Shown here: piece by piece, positions 38,360 to 50,760 of the stretch
Numbering within the stretch: position 1 is the first letter of the stretch
Layout: each line of letters begins with the position of its first letter
NCBI GenBank assembly: GCA_015680685.1
Contig: MNCI01003186.1
Coordinates: 1,019,570-1,083,569 of the forward strand
Direction: 5' to 3'
Length of the DNA: 64,000 nucleotides
Source: Gnetum montanum
Taxonomy: Eukaryota; Plantae; Gnetophyta
Notes under the pieces: model-generated
Told to the model about the DNA's origin: nothing
What the model saw: only the letters and a program-made list of their open reading frames with translations
Databases searched by the model: none
Position numbers and translations under genes: made by a program

Positions 38360-41300
38360 AGTGTTTGTTTGAATTTCTTAGAAGTGCCCAACTTCTCCCA
38401 ATTGATGATCTTCGATTCAGGGGTGGAAGTTTGCGATGCTCACGTTCCAATGAGTCTATGCCACAGTTGTTGGCATGAGTTTTCTCAGTTCGTTCCATGC
38501 ATATTTTTTTGCCCCTATGAGAAGCTGTCAACCACGGGGTGTCTACTACTTCTTGTGTGGTTGCTACATACAGGCATCTTTGTTGCAGAATTTTTTGGGC
38601 ACATCTATTACATGGAGACATTTCCTCCATGTCATCACCCAATGAATCACTGTATGTGATGCATGGAACTATCCTCTTCTCGATCTTTCCACATATGTTT
38701 ATCTTGGAGATTTCCAAGGAAAGATCGCGGATCCTAAGGCATGTGTCTACTGTGCTTAGCCATGCCCTTCCCATTATAATTGGGAAGTCCCCTTCATTGT
38801 TGTTAACATCGATCACTAGAAAATCCACTGGGTAGGACCAACCACACACAGTGGTAATAACATCCTCCACCAATCCCAAGGGAATGGTGATGGACTGGTC
38901 TGCCAACTCTAGTTGGATGTTGCTCTTCTTAAGTTGTCGCAGGTTCCAGGCGTGATACATCTTTTGCGAAATTAAGTTGACTCCGGAACCTGAGTCAAGA
39001 AGAGCTTGATGTGGTGCATTTCTAGCGATCTACAAATAAATAAAGGGACTCCCAGGATTAGTTAATTTCCTGGGAAGGTGGCCTACCTTGATCCAGTCAG
39101 TTACGGTATGTGTTAGCATAACTGTATGTGTTACACTCCTTTGGACTGAAGGGTGCTCCGAGGTGTTAGATGATGGAGGCATGTACATGGCCTCAACTGC
39201 TTGTTGTTGCAAGAGTTTGTCCGGGCTTTTAGTTCTGAAAAAAGGTCTCTTCTTTGTACAGTTGTCGCTAGAACTAGTACCCGATTGGATATTTATAGCT
39301 CTCGTCGCGTGACGTTGCTGCGGTTGAGAAGGAAGTTCCCCTTGCATTGTTGGAGCAGGAGGTGTTATGGGAACTACTTCAGGAAGAGATTAGGGTGGAG
39401 TTAGAGTATGGATGGAATGTGAGATGTCTCCCGGAGGAGAAGGAGTCCTTTTGAAGTACTCCCGAGCTTGGTAGTGACGGTTGGGGGTTGCGTGACCCAT
39501 AGAGTCACCTGGAGAAACTGGCTACTGCACATAATATCCATAAGGATTAGGCTACTGATAAGGGTATTTTTGTGATAGCGGTGGCATCCCCCACGACTGT
39601 GGGTATTGCCACTGCTGATGTTGTCCAACGGGCTGTGGAGGCGTTCCACTTGGGTAATATGTTAAGGGTTGGTGGAACTGCCTTGGGTTACCTTGTGGAT
39701 AAGGTAACCTTCGGGGTGTTTGCCGTTGATTAAGTCTTGGATTTAATGCATACACCCCAGACTCCTATAGATGTGAGATAATAGGACAACATCCCTTAGG
39801 ATGGTCATAGTAGCAGACCTCACATCCACTCTCATCGTCTGAATCAGAATTTACAGCCACATCGGAGTTAATGATTTTTCCCTTACCCTTGTTATGTGCA
39901 GGGCTTAAATCTCTCCACTTTTTCTTTCCTTTGTCACTAATTTGCTCAACCTTAGACTCTTCTACAATTTTTAGGATTGTTTCTATTCATGAGTCTAAGG
40001 AATCCCACATTTGGTCTACCTTAGCCGATACCTTAGTTATTAAATTTTGGATCGGCACAGTTTTCCGGTTCACCAACTCTTCGAGTGGTGACTCATCCTC
40101 CTCATCACAAAATTTCACTCCCTTCTTGCGAAGGGAGGGATCACGGTTGTATTCTTCCACACTTTCTCTCTTATGTAGCTCATCCTCTTCTTGCGCTACT
40201 TGTTCCAACAAGCTTTCAACTTCATGGGCTCTTAGTTGAGAGAGTCTCTCTTGGGCGTAAGTCCCAAGAGTTCTTCTCGTTTCATTTCTTAGCCCATCCA
40301 CGATGTGGCAAAGTTGATCCCGCATAGCATACCCATGGCCCGGGCAACGATGTACCAGTGTATAGTAATGGGCCATGGAAGCATCCAAGGATTCATGAGT
40401 ACCTTGTTTCTAGCCTTGGATCTACTTACGCAAGTTGGACACTCTGGAGTACATCTGATATTTGTTGTTAAATAATTCAAGCATCGTACTCCACCTCCTA
40501 ATGGTTTTCGGTTCTAAGGACCAGTACCAGCTCTCTGCTTCTTTGATGAGTGTCCTTGGGAACAACTTGAGCTTCTGCCACTCATTATCAATGTTCTGCA
40601 AGGCACAGGAATCGTGGAATGCTTGCAAATGATGTTGAGGATCAGCATTGTATCCCCCTTCAAAACGTGGGATATTATTTATGTCCAAACTCTTGATCCT
40701 ACTATCTTTTAAATGCCTTGTGGGAATCCTAACTGCCTCTGTAATGTCTAGCATACTTCAGGTTGTGAGTAGGGGCTCGTCATGATCATCTCTTTCATGA
40801 CGTCTATGATGTCTACGTGGTGGTTCCCTACTTTCCCTACGTCCTTGCCCTTGTCCTAACTCCTCTCGACCTTCTTGTCGAGGCATTTCATTTTCCTTTT
40901 TACTTTTACTCTCTCCATTATGCTCACGATGGTTGCACCCAGATGTGAGAGGAGAGTGTGAATGGTGAGATGAAGGGGAAGAGGAAGGGGATCCATCACC
41001 ATGGCGATGTTTCTCACCTTCTCTTCGGCTACTTCAGCCCCAATCGTTGTGACGATCTAAGTGTCCGTCCTTAGTGTGAGTAGTTGTTCCTGCCATGAAT
41101 AGTTGGTGCTCACGGGGATCATCATTTCTTAAGAAACCCGTTATGAGGGGTTCCTCATCTCCTATTTCACTAATGACGTGGGGGACCTTGCCCTTCAACA
41201 GTGAATGTTGGCTCCCCTGCCTTGCATCCCGAATACGTTGGGCATTTGTGGGATGATAATCCCTTATGTCATAATCATCCAAAACGTATTCCGCAATCAG

Positions 41301-41564
41301 TTCTTACATGCTAGTCTGTGCTAAGGCATGGAAAAGCATGGTAGAGGCAGATCCATCTGGGGGTAACACAATGTTACCTTGTAGATCTCTCCATCGCAGT
41401 TGTTCATCTTGATGAAAAATAAAAGTAAAGTCAGGGACGTACTCATCAGGATGAGTATATGTGACCTTAGATTGTTTAGGACTTGGCTGATCTAAGTTAT
41501 GCATCTGATGCTGACCTTCTCCTGTGTTGTCCTTAGGTGAGTTGATTTCATGAAAAGAAGCCAT
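38360..41564 (-). pseudogene. gag: Gag-protease polyprotein of element C (~1070 codons, single frame, stops only)
   Basis: Minus-strand ORF pieces starting 41588, 41282, 40754, 40388, 39755, 39347 and 38960 share one frame. Gag core, Q/P-rich linker and LLDSGSGVNLI protease. Confidence 0.88.
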
Positions 41565-41710
41565 TTCTAATAGTGTGCTAACTTTCACCGTTATTTATGT
41601 TCTTGATTAACTAATTAACCCTAAGGTTCGTTTAAGGCTCACAATGATGTGAGTGATATCCCTTATGTTCAATTGGCATGAAAACACTTAGTCCCCGCCA
41701 ACGGCGCCAA

Positions 41711-42553
41711 TGATGAGTGGCGAGGTACCCCTACACTCAACCATACGAATACGAGCATGCACGCACGATCCGATCGAACTCCGCAGACCAAATGCCTTAA
41801 CACCACAAGAAACACTTGGGGTTAATCGTTCGTTGTCTTCCCAGGCTTGCTTGTAAGTGTCACGGTGTATGGTTAAGCAAGTNCCAAACGCTAATCATTA
41901 CTGGGATCACCACACATAATGAAAGTGATTGAAGTGGTCATACTGAGGCACCTATTTAGCCTAAGTGTGATAAGCAGCTGATTCCTTAACTAGCTGTACA
42001 CACCCATGGATGCTCGTAGCCAAGTCGTACTTATCACATGTTCTAGCCTAGCGATGAGCAGCCGATTGCTTAACTAGCCGTACACATTGGACTACCACTG
42101 GGATTACCAAGTGAAGATCCTGGAATATGCTACTGGGTTACCAAGTAGCCAATGTTGGTAGTTAAGTTGTACTCACGCGTTGTGACGAGCAGCCGATTCC
42201 TTGATTAGCCGTACACATCCGTAGATGCTTGTAATCAAGTCGTACTCGTGCGCACTAGGAAAGCAATAAATAAAAATGAAATAAAACCATGTATTGCAAG
42301 GTTTATCCAATCAAGTTCATCTTTATTGCCATACACAACTTGTGTTCAGGTTACAAAATTTCTCGAATAAAGAGCTGTTCACTCTAGGACTCCTACTGCG
42401 GGCACATGGGAAAAATTCTAACTCTGGAGTGATCAATCTACCAGAGCTTCGCTACTTCTAGCTAGGATTCGAAATAAGGGGAGTGCCACCTCTTATTTAT
42501 AGATATGGCGGTGGACCGCAATATCGCGGCACTATGCATGTCGCGTCTCATCA
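41711..42553 (-). repeat. 5' LTR of element C (N at 41883)
   Basis: TGATGAG...CTCATCA termini; adjacent PBS TGGCGCCGTTGGCGGGGA on -. Confidence 0.92.
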
Positions 42554-44984
42554 CCCTAGCTTACATTGTAGAGTCTACGAAATTGGTTCTTGTGCAAACT
42601 TACAAACATAGTGGTAGGTTTTCATACAAAATTATTTATTTTCTCAATCATATATTCTACTAGTAATATCCTACCATTGAATAGTGTTTTTGAAATTTTG
42701 TCTCTGTGTTTGTGATCATCTACTTTTATGTGAACTTTGGGAATTCCCTTATATGATACACCAAAGAGAGTAGTAATAGTTTCAAGTTCGTTTCTCAAGA
42801 AAGGCATATAGAAATTCATTCTTCTAATAAGATCACCCAATGTGGTATAAGAGATTAATTGAAAGCAATTTAGGGTGAGAATGAGAAGAGAAAGAGAAGG
42901 TGCACTTGTAGTTGCATGTAGAACCCTCGAAATGAGCAAAACAATAACCAAACACAGGTACCATGTAATATTTTTTGTTTCAAAATTAAAATCATTTCTC
43001 ATTAATCACACCATAAGAATTATGGTAAGTTGTATGCAACTATGCATGCATCATGCCTACGTCTTAGTCAGGTCATTGTCGACTGTATCATCATGTAAGA
43101 TGCACGTAAAATAAAGCTATATTCTTATAGAAAGAAGCTATGGTGAATTGTAAAAAAAGCATTGTGATAAGCTTATGAGTATCATGCACAAATGGATGGA
43201 AGTTAAGTTGTATTTCTAGTTAATGTTGATATAAAATAACATGGTTTTTATGTCTTTAAATGTTGTAGGTGTGTCTACATTCTATGCAATTATTACTGAC
43301 TTGGTAGTTTTTGCTTACTTTGCACGACATCAGATATTTTCAAGGACCTGAAGGAATTAGTTGGCTTTACTTCTCTTATCCCATACTCTATTTTTAGGGT
43401 TTCGTATGCTATTTTTTCAGGAATTTTCTAACAAATCCATTTATTTGGTGTATTATATATACACACATTAGAAAATGGCATTTATTACCTATTTCCTTAT
43501 TCTCCTTTCCTGCAAGGTGTGCCTGTGAATTTCTAAAGAAGAATATCATACGCCTAAAATGTCCCTTGAGGAGTTGTTGCCAGAATGGACATTTTCCAAA
43601 GATAATGCATAGTACATTTTGTCCGTGAGTGAAGCAACAAAGGCTTTTTTGGTATGAAGGCTCTCGCAATTTTCAAACATCAAAACAAGATTATATGCAA
43701 CTTTTAGAACTTTATGCTTTTAATGTTCTAACTAAAAGTCTAAAAAATAATGATGCTTCTATGATATGGCTAAAGAACTCAAATATACTAGATTGTGGGA
43801 AGGTATATTTCATTACGTTTTCTTAATTCTTTAATTTCAATAGTTTTTATTTTTCCAGTATTTGATTTTGTTTCTTCTTGTAAGAAAATATTTCAGTTTT
43901 TTATCAAAATTTACATTTAGGGCTTTATGAAATAAAACACAATTACTAAAACATAGCTATGGCAAGTGATAAATGGGTGTCTGCACCATGTGGTCATGTT
44001 CTGTAATGAGATATCACTCATCATTCATAAGTAGTGTTCCTAGAGATCAGTATTGATACAAATTTTAATAATTTAATTTATATCCTTATGTAGAAATACT
44101 TGTTAGTTGAATAGACACAAATAACCTTTGTTGGAAACATTGATGTTGGTTTATCTTGTACCTTGGTGTATTTTCTCTATCTTCTAAATGACTCTGCCAC
44201 ATTACTCGTGCTACTATTTTCTTCTCTATTATTACTTGCCCCAAAGTCATATTGATTAAAAGTAAGGAAAGTTCTTTTTCTCCCTTGTTCTTAACAACAT
44301 CATAGGATTATACTTTACCATGTTAGAAACCAATATTTACATTTTGTACACTTAGTGAAAAATGTAACTGGTATGCCCAAGATTTTTTCTTTCAAATGCA
44401 TAAAATTATGGAGTAGTATTTTCCATTGTCCAATGATTTGTTCAGCTATGTATAACCATGAAATTTTGCTATGACATAATTTATTTATCATTTATCACTT
44501 GAATAATTTGAACATGTATAAAATGCTTTTTCCAATTCAAGGAACACAGTTTATGATTTGACCATGTTTTGTTGTTACCAAAATGGTACTACTTAATCAT
44601 CAATATCAAGTTGACCATGATTGATCCATATGGTTGAAACATTAGTGATGGTTGTGAATATTGTTTCGAATAAAATGCTTAGCATTAACTGGACTATAAG
44701 TTTATTTAGTCAAGAACAAAATATATCTAGATCTACACTTTTGTTGACTCAATTCAACATTCATATTGGGTTTTGGGCTAAATTTATTTTGTTTTCAAAA
44801 TTTTGAAAGATTCAACTTTTGAAGTTGAAAAGTAGGACCTTGAGAAATGTTTAATTAGATCAATAATAGAAACAAAGATGCTTGAGAAAAATAGTTAGTA
44901 CACTTTTATTAATACCATGATGCGTTTATATAAATAAAAAGAGATAGCATTAATTAAAGTTCATATTTTCACATTGTTGCTTTT

Positions 44985-45009
44985 ACACACACACACACAC
45001 ACACACACA
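44985..45009. repeat. (CA)n microsatellite
   Basis: About 12 CA units. Confidence 0.9.
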
Positions 45010-47989
45010 TAACTTATGGTCTTGAACTTGCAAGACATTGCGGTGAAGATAACATCATTAGCAGATTGAGAAAAGTGGAAATCAATTACCCTTGCTAGCC
45101 CACTCACTAAATACAATCTTTTTCAATAGAATAGAGGCATTAAAGAAAGTGTAGAAAATGAATCCTTAAAAAGCAAGTATGATATAGGAGAATTAAAGAA
45201 CATGGATATAACCCAAGATAACGAGCTTATAAGGAGGAATATGATTACTAGGGCTTCAAATGTGTTTAAATCATTATGTTTCTAGTATCCTACACTTGTG
45301 TAAAGGTTTGGAAATTATGACATTATGGAGCATGGATACAGTAAAATTGCATGGATTGCTATAATATTTATTATTTATTTTTTGAGAATAAAATAGGAAT
45401 TTGTGAAAAGGTAAGACTTTTCTTTAAACTAGAGTTTGTACTAGCTACTTGATATTAAAATAACAATAATGTTTTTGTACAATATACTAAATTAGATTGT
45501 CACATAGTGTTCATTATGCACTAGAGATGATAATGCAACTTATTATTCCTGTGAATTTCCATTAACACGTTTTGCAATTGTTCGAGGAAAGTGAACATAG
45601 GTTCAATTACAGTATATCACATTTTGAGAGATTTCTGGAATCTTGCATTTAATGTATAGTTAAATTCCTTAGTAGCTGTGCAGCATCTTCCATCTCCATC
45701 TTACATTGGAAGATAGAAATTACATTCATGTTTACCTGCCTTAAGCAAAGAATATTCATCTTCAAGGAAATTCAAGTTTGTAATTAATAAATGCTCATAA
45801 TGTGAGAATACCCAAAGATGTCTTTTAAAATGATCTTTTCTACATTTTTACTTTGCTTTGTAATTTGAATAGTTTTACTAGCTGTTGAAATTTCATTTAT
45901 ACATCGCCTAAGTATAACTTTGATATATTGTGAAACTATAAATGATAAGACTACCATTTAGAGGAATAGAAAAGTGCTTGTTTCTCAAGTTGTATGATCT
46001 AAGCTTGATTTTAGGTGAAGCAACTCGAAAGAGATAAGCTTTTACTCATCCATGACTCTTCCATGATACTCTCTTACCAGGATGAGGATTGAGCTTCTCA
46101 GTGAATCCTTTATGATTCTATACAAAACACATAAAATAATAAAAATATTTTTCATGATATAATTTTGTCATTATAATTGTAACATTTGTACAAGAAGTCT
46201 ATTTAGTTTGGCATCAACAATAACTAATGAAAGATCAACAAATTTTGTTCATGTTAGTTATATAATAATAAATCATATTACATTTTTATGGCAATCAATA
46301 AGCTTGCCTTTTTTTCCTTTTGGCATGTCAAATCGAAAAAATAAAGTTATATTAAAAAAAATCAAAGTACATCCTAAAAGTTTCCTATTTGGTTCACTTT
46401 TTACTAAAGGTAATGGATCTATGTTTCATAGCAACCAAGAAAAAACTCACATAATAAGCAAATAGATTATGGATGTCAATCAATCTAATGATGTTTCAAA
46501 AATATACTTGCATCCACCCATCAAACCTTACAAAGAGTACCACTACTTACATGATATCTTCCATTTCCACCACAAATAAATATTTTAAAACATTGGAAGA
46601 GCTAGACAAAAGAGCATTATTTAGGACAAATGTCTAAGAAAATTTGCATGTGGACTATCTCGAATAAAATTTTAGAATAGACACTAAACTTTTTATGTTT
46701 TAAAACTTTCCATCAAGGAAGTAACTTTTACTCATTTATGAGTTCTGTGCAAATTTATAGTGACATTTTGGACATTCATAAAACATTGTTTGCCCTTCAT
46801 TTGCAAATCGTAACTGCAACAAACAAAAGGGCAAATAAGTTCTCAATACTAAACAATATCAAAAATAGTTAGAAAATATAACAAGTTACATATTAATAGT
46901 GAATTTGATAGGTACATGTACCTTTTTTGTATAGAAATCTAGCTGTGTATTCTTGCATTGGGGACATTACTGTTTCCCTTTGCTACCCCACATATTTTTC
47001 TTCTGGAGATAAAAATGGTTCAAGATTTAGATGTTTCCTAAGGTCCTACAGATTGAAATGGATTGTTTACTATTATCATTGTGAATAGGCTTTGGATAAG
47101 ACTGAAAAGAAACAACAGTTATAGAAATAATTATTGAGACAAGAAAAACTATGATGCCATGATATTGAAGAAAATATATAGAGGGAGATCCCAATGCTTC
47201 AACTACAAAAACCATACATTCAAGGTAACATAAAGCTAAAGGTGAAAAATATAAATTACCCAACATCAACAGAATTTATTTATTTTTTTTTTAAAAAAAG
47301 GAATGCAAGTTGATTTTAGATATTCATTGCATGCTTGTCAATCTTGGAAAAATATTTAATGATAGCCTCAATGTAAACTAATTTTCACTTAAGGAATAAA
47401 CAAAGAACTTTGATCCCTTCTCCTTGGAACTTTAGATGCCTATTCTCAAACCAAGAGTTGCATTGAACAAACTACTACCTCAAACAATTGGAAATTTTTC
47501 CAAAGCAATATATAACAAATTCATATATCTTAACAATGTGGGAACCAAGAAGATAAGTTTATCTATTAGCAAAAGCCAAACATAATGCCTTGGATGGTTT
47601 CTATAAGAAAATAGGAACAAATGAAAAGAAAATCTATATAATAACTCAAAAATATAAAAATACAAAATCCATATAAATATTTTTTGTTGAAAGACAATGA
47701 AATTTTTGATGAGTGGAAAAATCATTTCAAAAATTATTAAATAATAAATTTTTAAAAGAAAATATGCAAGAAAAACCAAACTTTGCAATGGTCAATGAAC
47801 TTTCCTTCTTTACAATGAAGACAATCTTAACTAAATTGAAAAGTGGCAAAGATAACAAATCAAATACCATATCTAAAGAAGCTTAGAAAGTAATAGGACA
47901 TACATAACTCTTATGGCTAATAAAATTTTGAAGAATGGATAAATTATTGAAAATTGATCTATCAACTACAAATATAAAGAACATGTTTA

Positions 47990-49100
47990 AAATTATGCAA
48001 ACTATAAAGAAGTTTACATTTATCAGCCATACTATGAAGATTTGGAAGAGAGTTAATGAGCAACACCTCACAGTTGAATCAACAATATCAGAAATCCAAT
48101 TTGGATTCATGTTAAGAAAATTAACTATAAAGTTCATATATCTATATAACAATTAGCTGAGAAGTTCATAAAACATAGAGGAAATCTACGTATGATTTTT
48201 ATTAACTTCAAAAAGGCATATGATAAAGTACCCAAAGATGTTATCAAGTGAGCCTTACTAAGGAAAAGGATCCATGATAAATATATCAAAGTACTTCAAT
48301 ATATATACAAAGGAACTATTATAAAATTTCAATAACTTGAGAGAAATAAATTTAATTTCCTAATCACAATAGGTCTACATTAAGGGTCTTCACTTAGTTC
48401 TTACTTTTTTGCTATTTTTATGAATGAATGAAGCAAGAAAATACAAGATGAAATCCCTTGGCGTATATTGCTTGCAGATGATATTGTGTTGGTAGATACA
48501 TCTCACGCAAATATTACTTATAAAATGGAAATGTGGTCAAATGGTCTAGAATCATCAGGCTTCAAAATTAGCAAAAACAAAACAAAATATATGGAATGTA
48601 ATTTTAATGAAAGTATGAACAGTGATGGAACATAAATAACAACTCAAGGAAAAAAAGTTCTCCACTACATACAGTAAATGATGAAACCAATAAGAATATA
48701 AGAATTAGGTTGAGGAACTATGATTAAAATGGAGATAGGTTAGTGGCATTTTCTATGACAAAAAGGATCTCAACAAAACTAATAGAAAATTTTACAAGAA
48801 GGTGATCAAGTTTGCTATTTTTATGTAGTGCTAAATACTACACTATAAAATAAGGCATGAATAACATATTAATGTGGCATATATGTGAATGCTTAAATAG
48901 ATGTTGAATGTTAACAATAAAGAAAAATTACACAATGCAAACATTAGAGAAAAACTTGGACTAACATCTATTACAAATAACCTATATGAATAACATCTTA
49001 TGTGGTTTGATGTTGTTAAAAGAAAATCACATGATGAGCCTCTCAGAAAAAATACCACATTATGGTTCTAAGAAAGCTAAGAAGAAAAAGAAGAAGAAGG
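47990..49100 (+). mobile_element. RTE-clade LINE RT remnant in RPA12 intron 2
   Basis: SHTMKIWKRV...ISEIQFGFM...FINFKKAYDKVP...GLH*GSSLS...EIPWRILLADDIVLV. Confidence 0.88.
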
Positions 49101-50689
49101 ACATGAAAAGAAAATAGTTGAAGATAATATAAAAATATGTAGATAAATAAATATTTAGCTTATAATAGAGGCAGAAAACAGAAAAAGAGAATTGTTTGTT
49201 TATTCTTTAAATAGAATTATCTTTTTGTGCGCTACTCACAATATATCCAGGATGTCCATTTGATCATTAAAATAAAGAAAAAAGAAAAAGAGAAGTCATG
49301 TAGAAAATATTATACTATTGAAATAAGGATAGGATGATGATGATAGGTTAGAACAATCAATTATTAGATCAACTTTTTATGCCTGTCAACAAACATGCAA
49401 ATACAGTGCTGCAAAATTTAGTATAGAGATTATGACATTATTCAGTGAAGCAAATATCCATCCAGCAAGAGGTTAAGGAAAGAATTCTTTTTGGGAAAAC
49501 ACTTAAAGGAATAGCCCTAGATTTAGGAGATAAATAAAATGGAAACCCCAAGTCTAATTTGCTAGCTAAAATGGAATGTTGCTACGGAAAAAAAAGATAA
49601 CCAATTGCATGGAGAGTACCATTAAGGGTTTAGCTATACAAATATAGTTATCTAATTAGAATTCACAGAATAGTGGCATCTGTACACAATTGGTGACTCT
49701 CGAAAAAAAATTAAAGAACCTCTCCAAAAAAGATGTTATCAAGGCAAAATTATCAACAGCTGAACCAAGTTTGAGGAAAAGCTTGAAGAGGGTTTTGCAT
49801 TACCAAAAGAAATGAAGGAGAAATAGGAGAAAAGGGAAAAGACAAGTTGAACCTACATTAGGTTGGGGTTGCCATAAAAGCAACAATAATAATAAGCAAG
49901 AAACAATAATCTCATGGCAGAAATTTCCAATTTCTTCTAGGAACCTAGGCACATTCCAAAATAGTAGTTTGAAGATGCACTTAGAGTAGCCTAAAAAGTG
50001 AGAGACCTTGCTATATTTTCATATGCTTCAAAGATTATTTTTTTAGAACTAGAGGTAGAGAATGACACAATTGGAGCATCCTTAAACACAAAAAAATTTC
50101 TGAATCAGCAAAGACCACACAAAATCTGAACTAATCAACCAAAGAAAAACACAAAGAGAGAGAGAGAAAAAAAAAATAATGCCCAAGGTCAAAAAGGCCC
50201 ATGCAGAAGGTAAGTTCACCTATTTAAATACAAAAAAATTGAGCTGATATTAAATAAAAATACCAAAAAAAACTTGTAGATTCACTATGTTTTTGTTTCA
50301 TCAAAAGCAATGATGTAGTTGCAAATGAAATTGTTTTGTTAAATAGCATTGGATTCTTTCTTTGTTTTTATATTTTGGAACTAATCAAAACATAAGAAGA
50401 TGAAGGCTCTAAAAATTCCATCATCATGGATTCAAAAAATTTGCTATAAAAATAAGAAATTAGATGAAGGAAAAAGATATTTTGGAGGTACTGTCATTTT
50501 GATTTGAAATAATTTAGCACAACATATATAGTTAGAAAGGATAGATGAATATAGACAATTTATTTCATGCAAAGTATAGCACAAGTATGATCATACTTTT
50601 CGTTGTAGACTATTTTGCTCCTAGAAATGCCACATTGAACAACAATGTAGGAATATCTAGAAACCACACATCTCAATCTTTAGAAGGAG

Positions 50690-50760
50690 ATATAGCATAG
50701 TGTTCTAGTTAAGATGCAATTCTTATTGGTAGAGATTTTAATGCCAAAATAGGATCACAA
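50690..50760 (+). mobile_element. Possible LINE APE-endonuclease remnant
   Basis: ILIGRDFNAKIG resembles the GDFNA motif; flanks are too degraded to confirm. Confidence 0.4.

Larger units (their letters stand above)
24908..42553 (-). mobile_element. Athila-like element C whose 3' LTR is duplicated around a caulimovirid insert (17.6-kb composite)
   Basis: 5' LTR 41711-42553; PBS 41692-41709; PPT 36455-36467; 3' LTR pieces 35947-36454 and 24908-25723; TSD CCCTG/CCCTA at the outer ends. Confidence 0.85.

Noticed and set aside
37982-38659. Long ORFs in the track crossing 38031-38354
   Set aside because: Artefacts of translating Ns.
41755-41790. 5S rRNA-like stretch (GATCC..ATC.GAACTCCGCAG), as in Cassandra LTRs
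   Set aside because: Only ~11 nt are exact, other LTR copies match less well, and no C-box or rest of 5S is present.
43480-43632. Exon-like, Cys-containing open stretch on +
   Set aside because: No recognisable homology and no partner exons could be linked.
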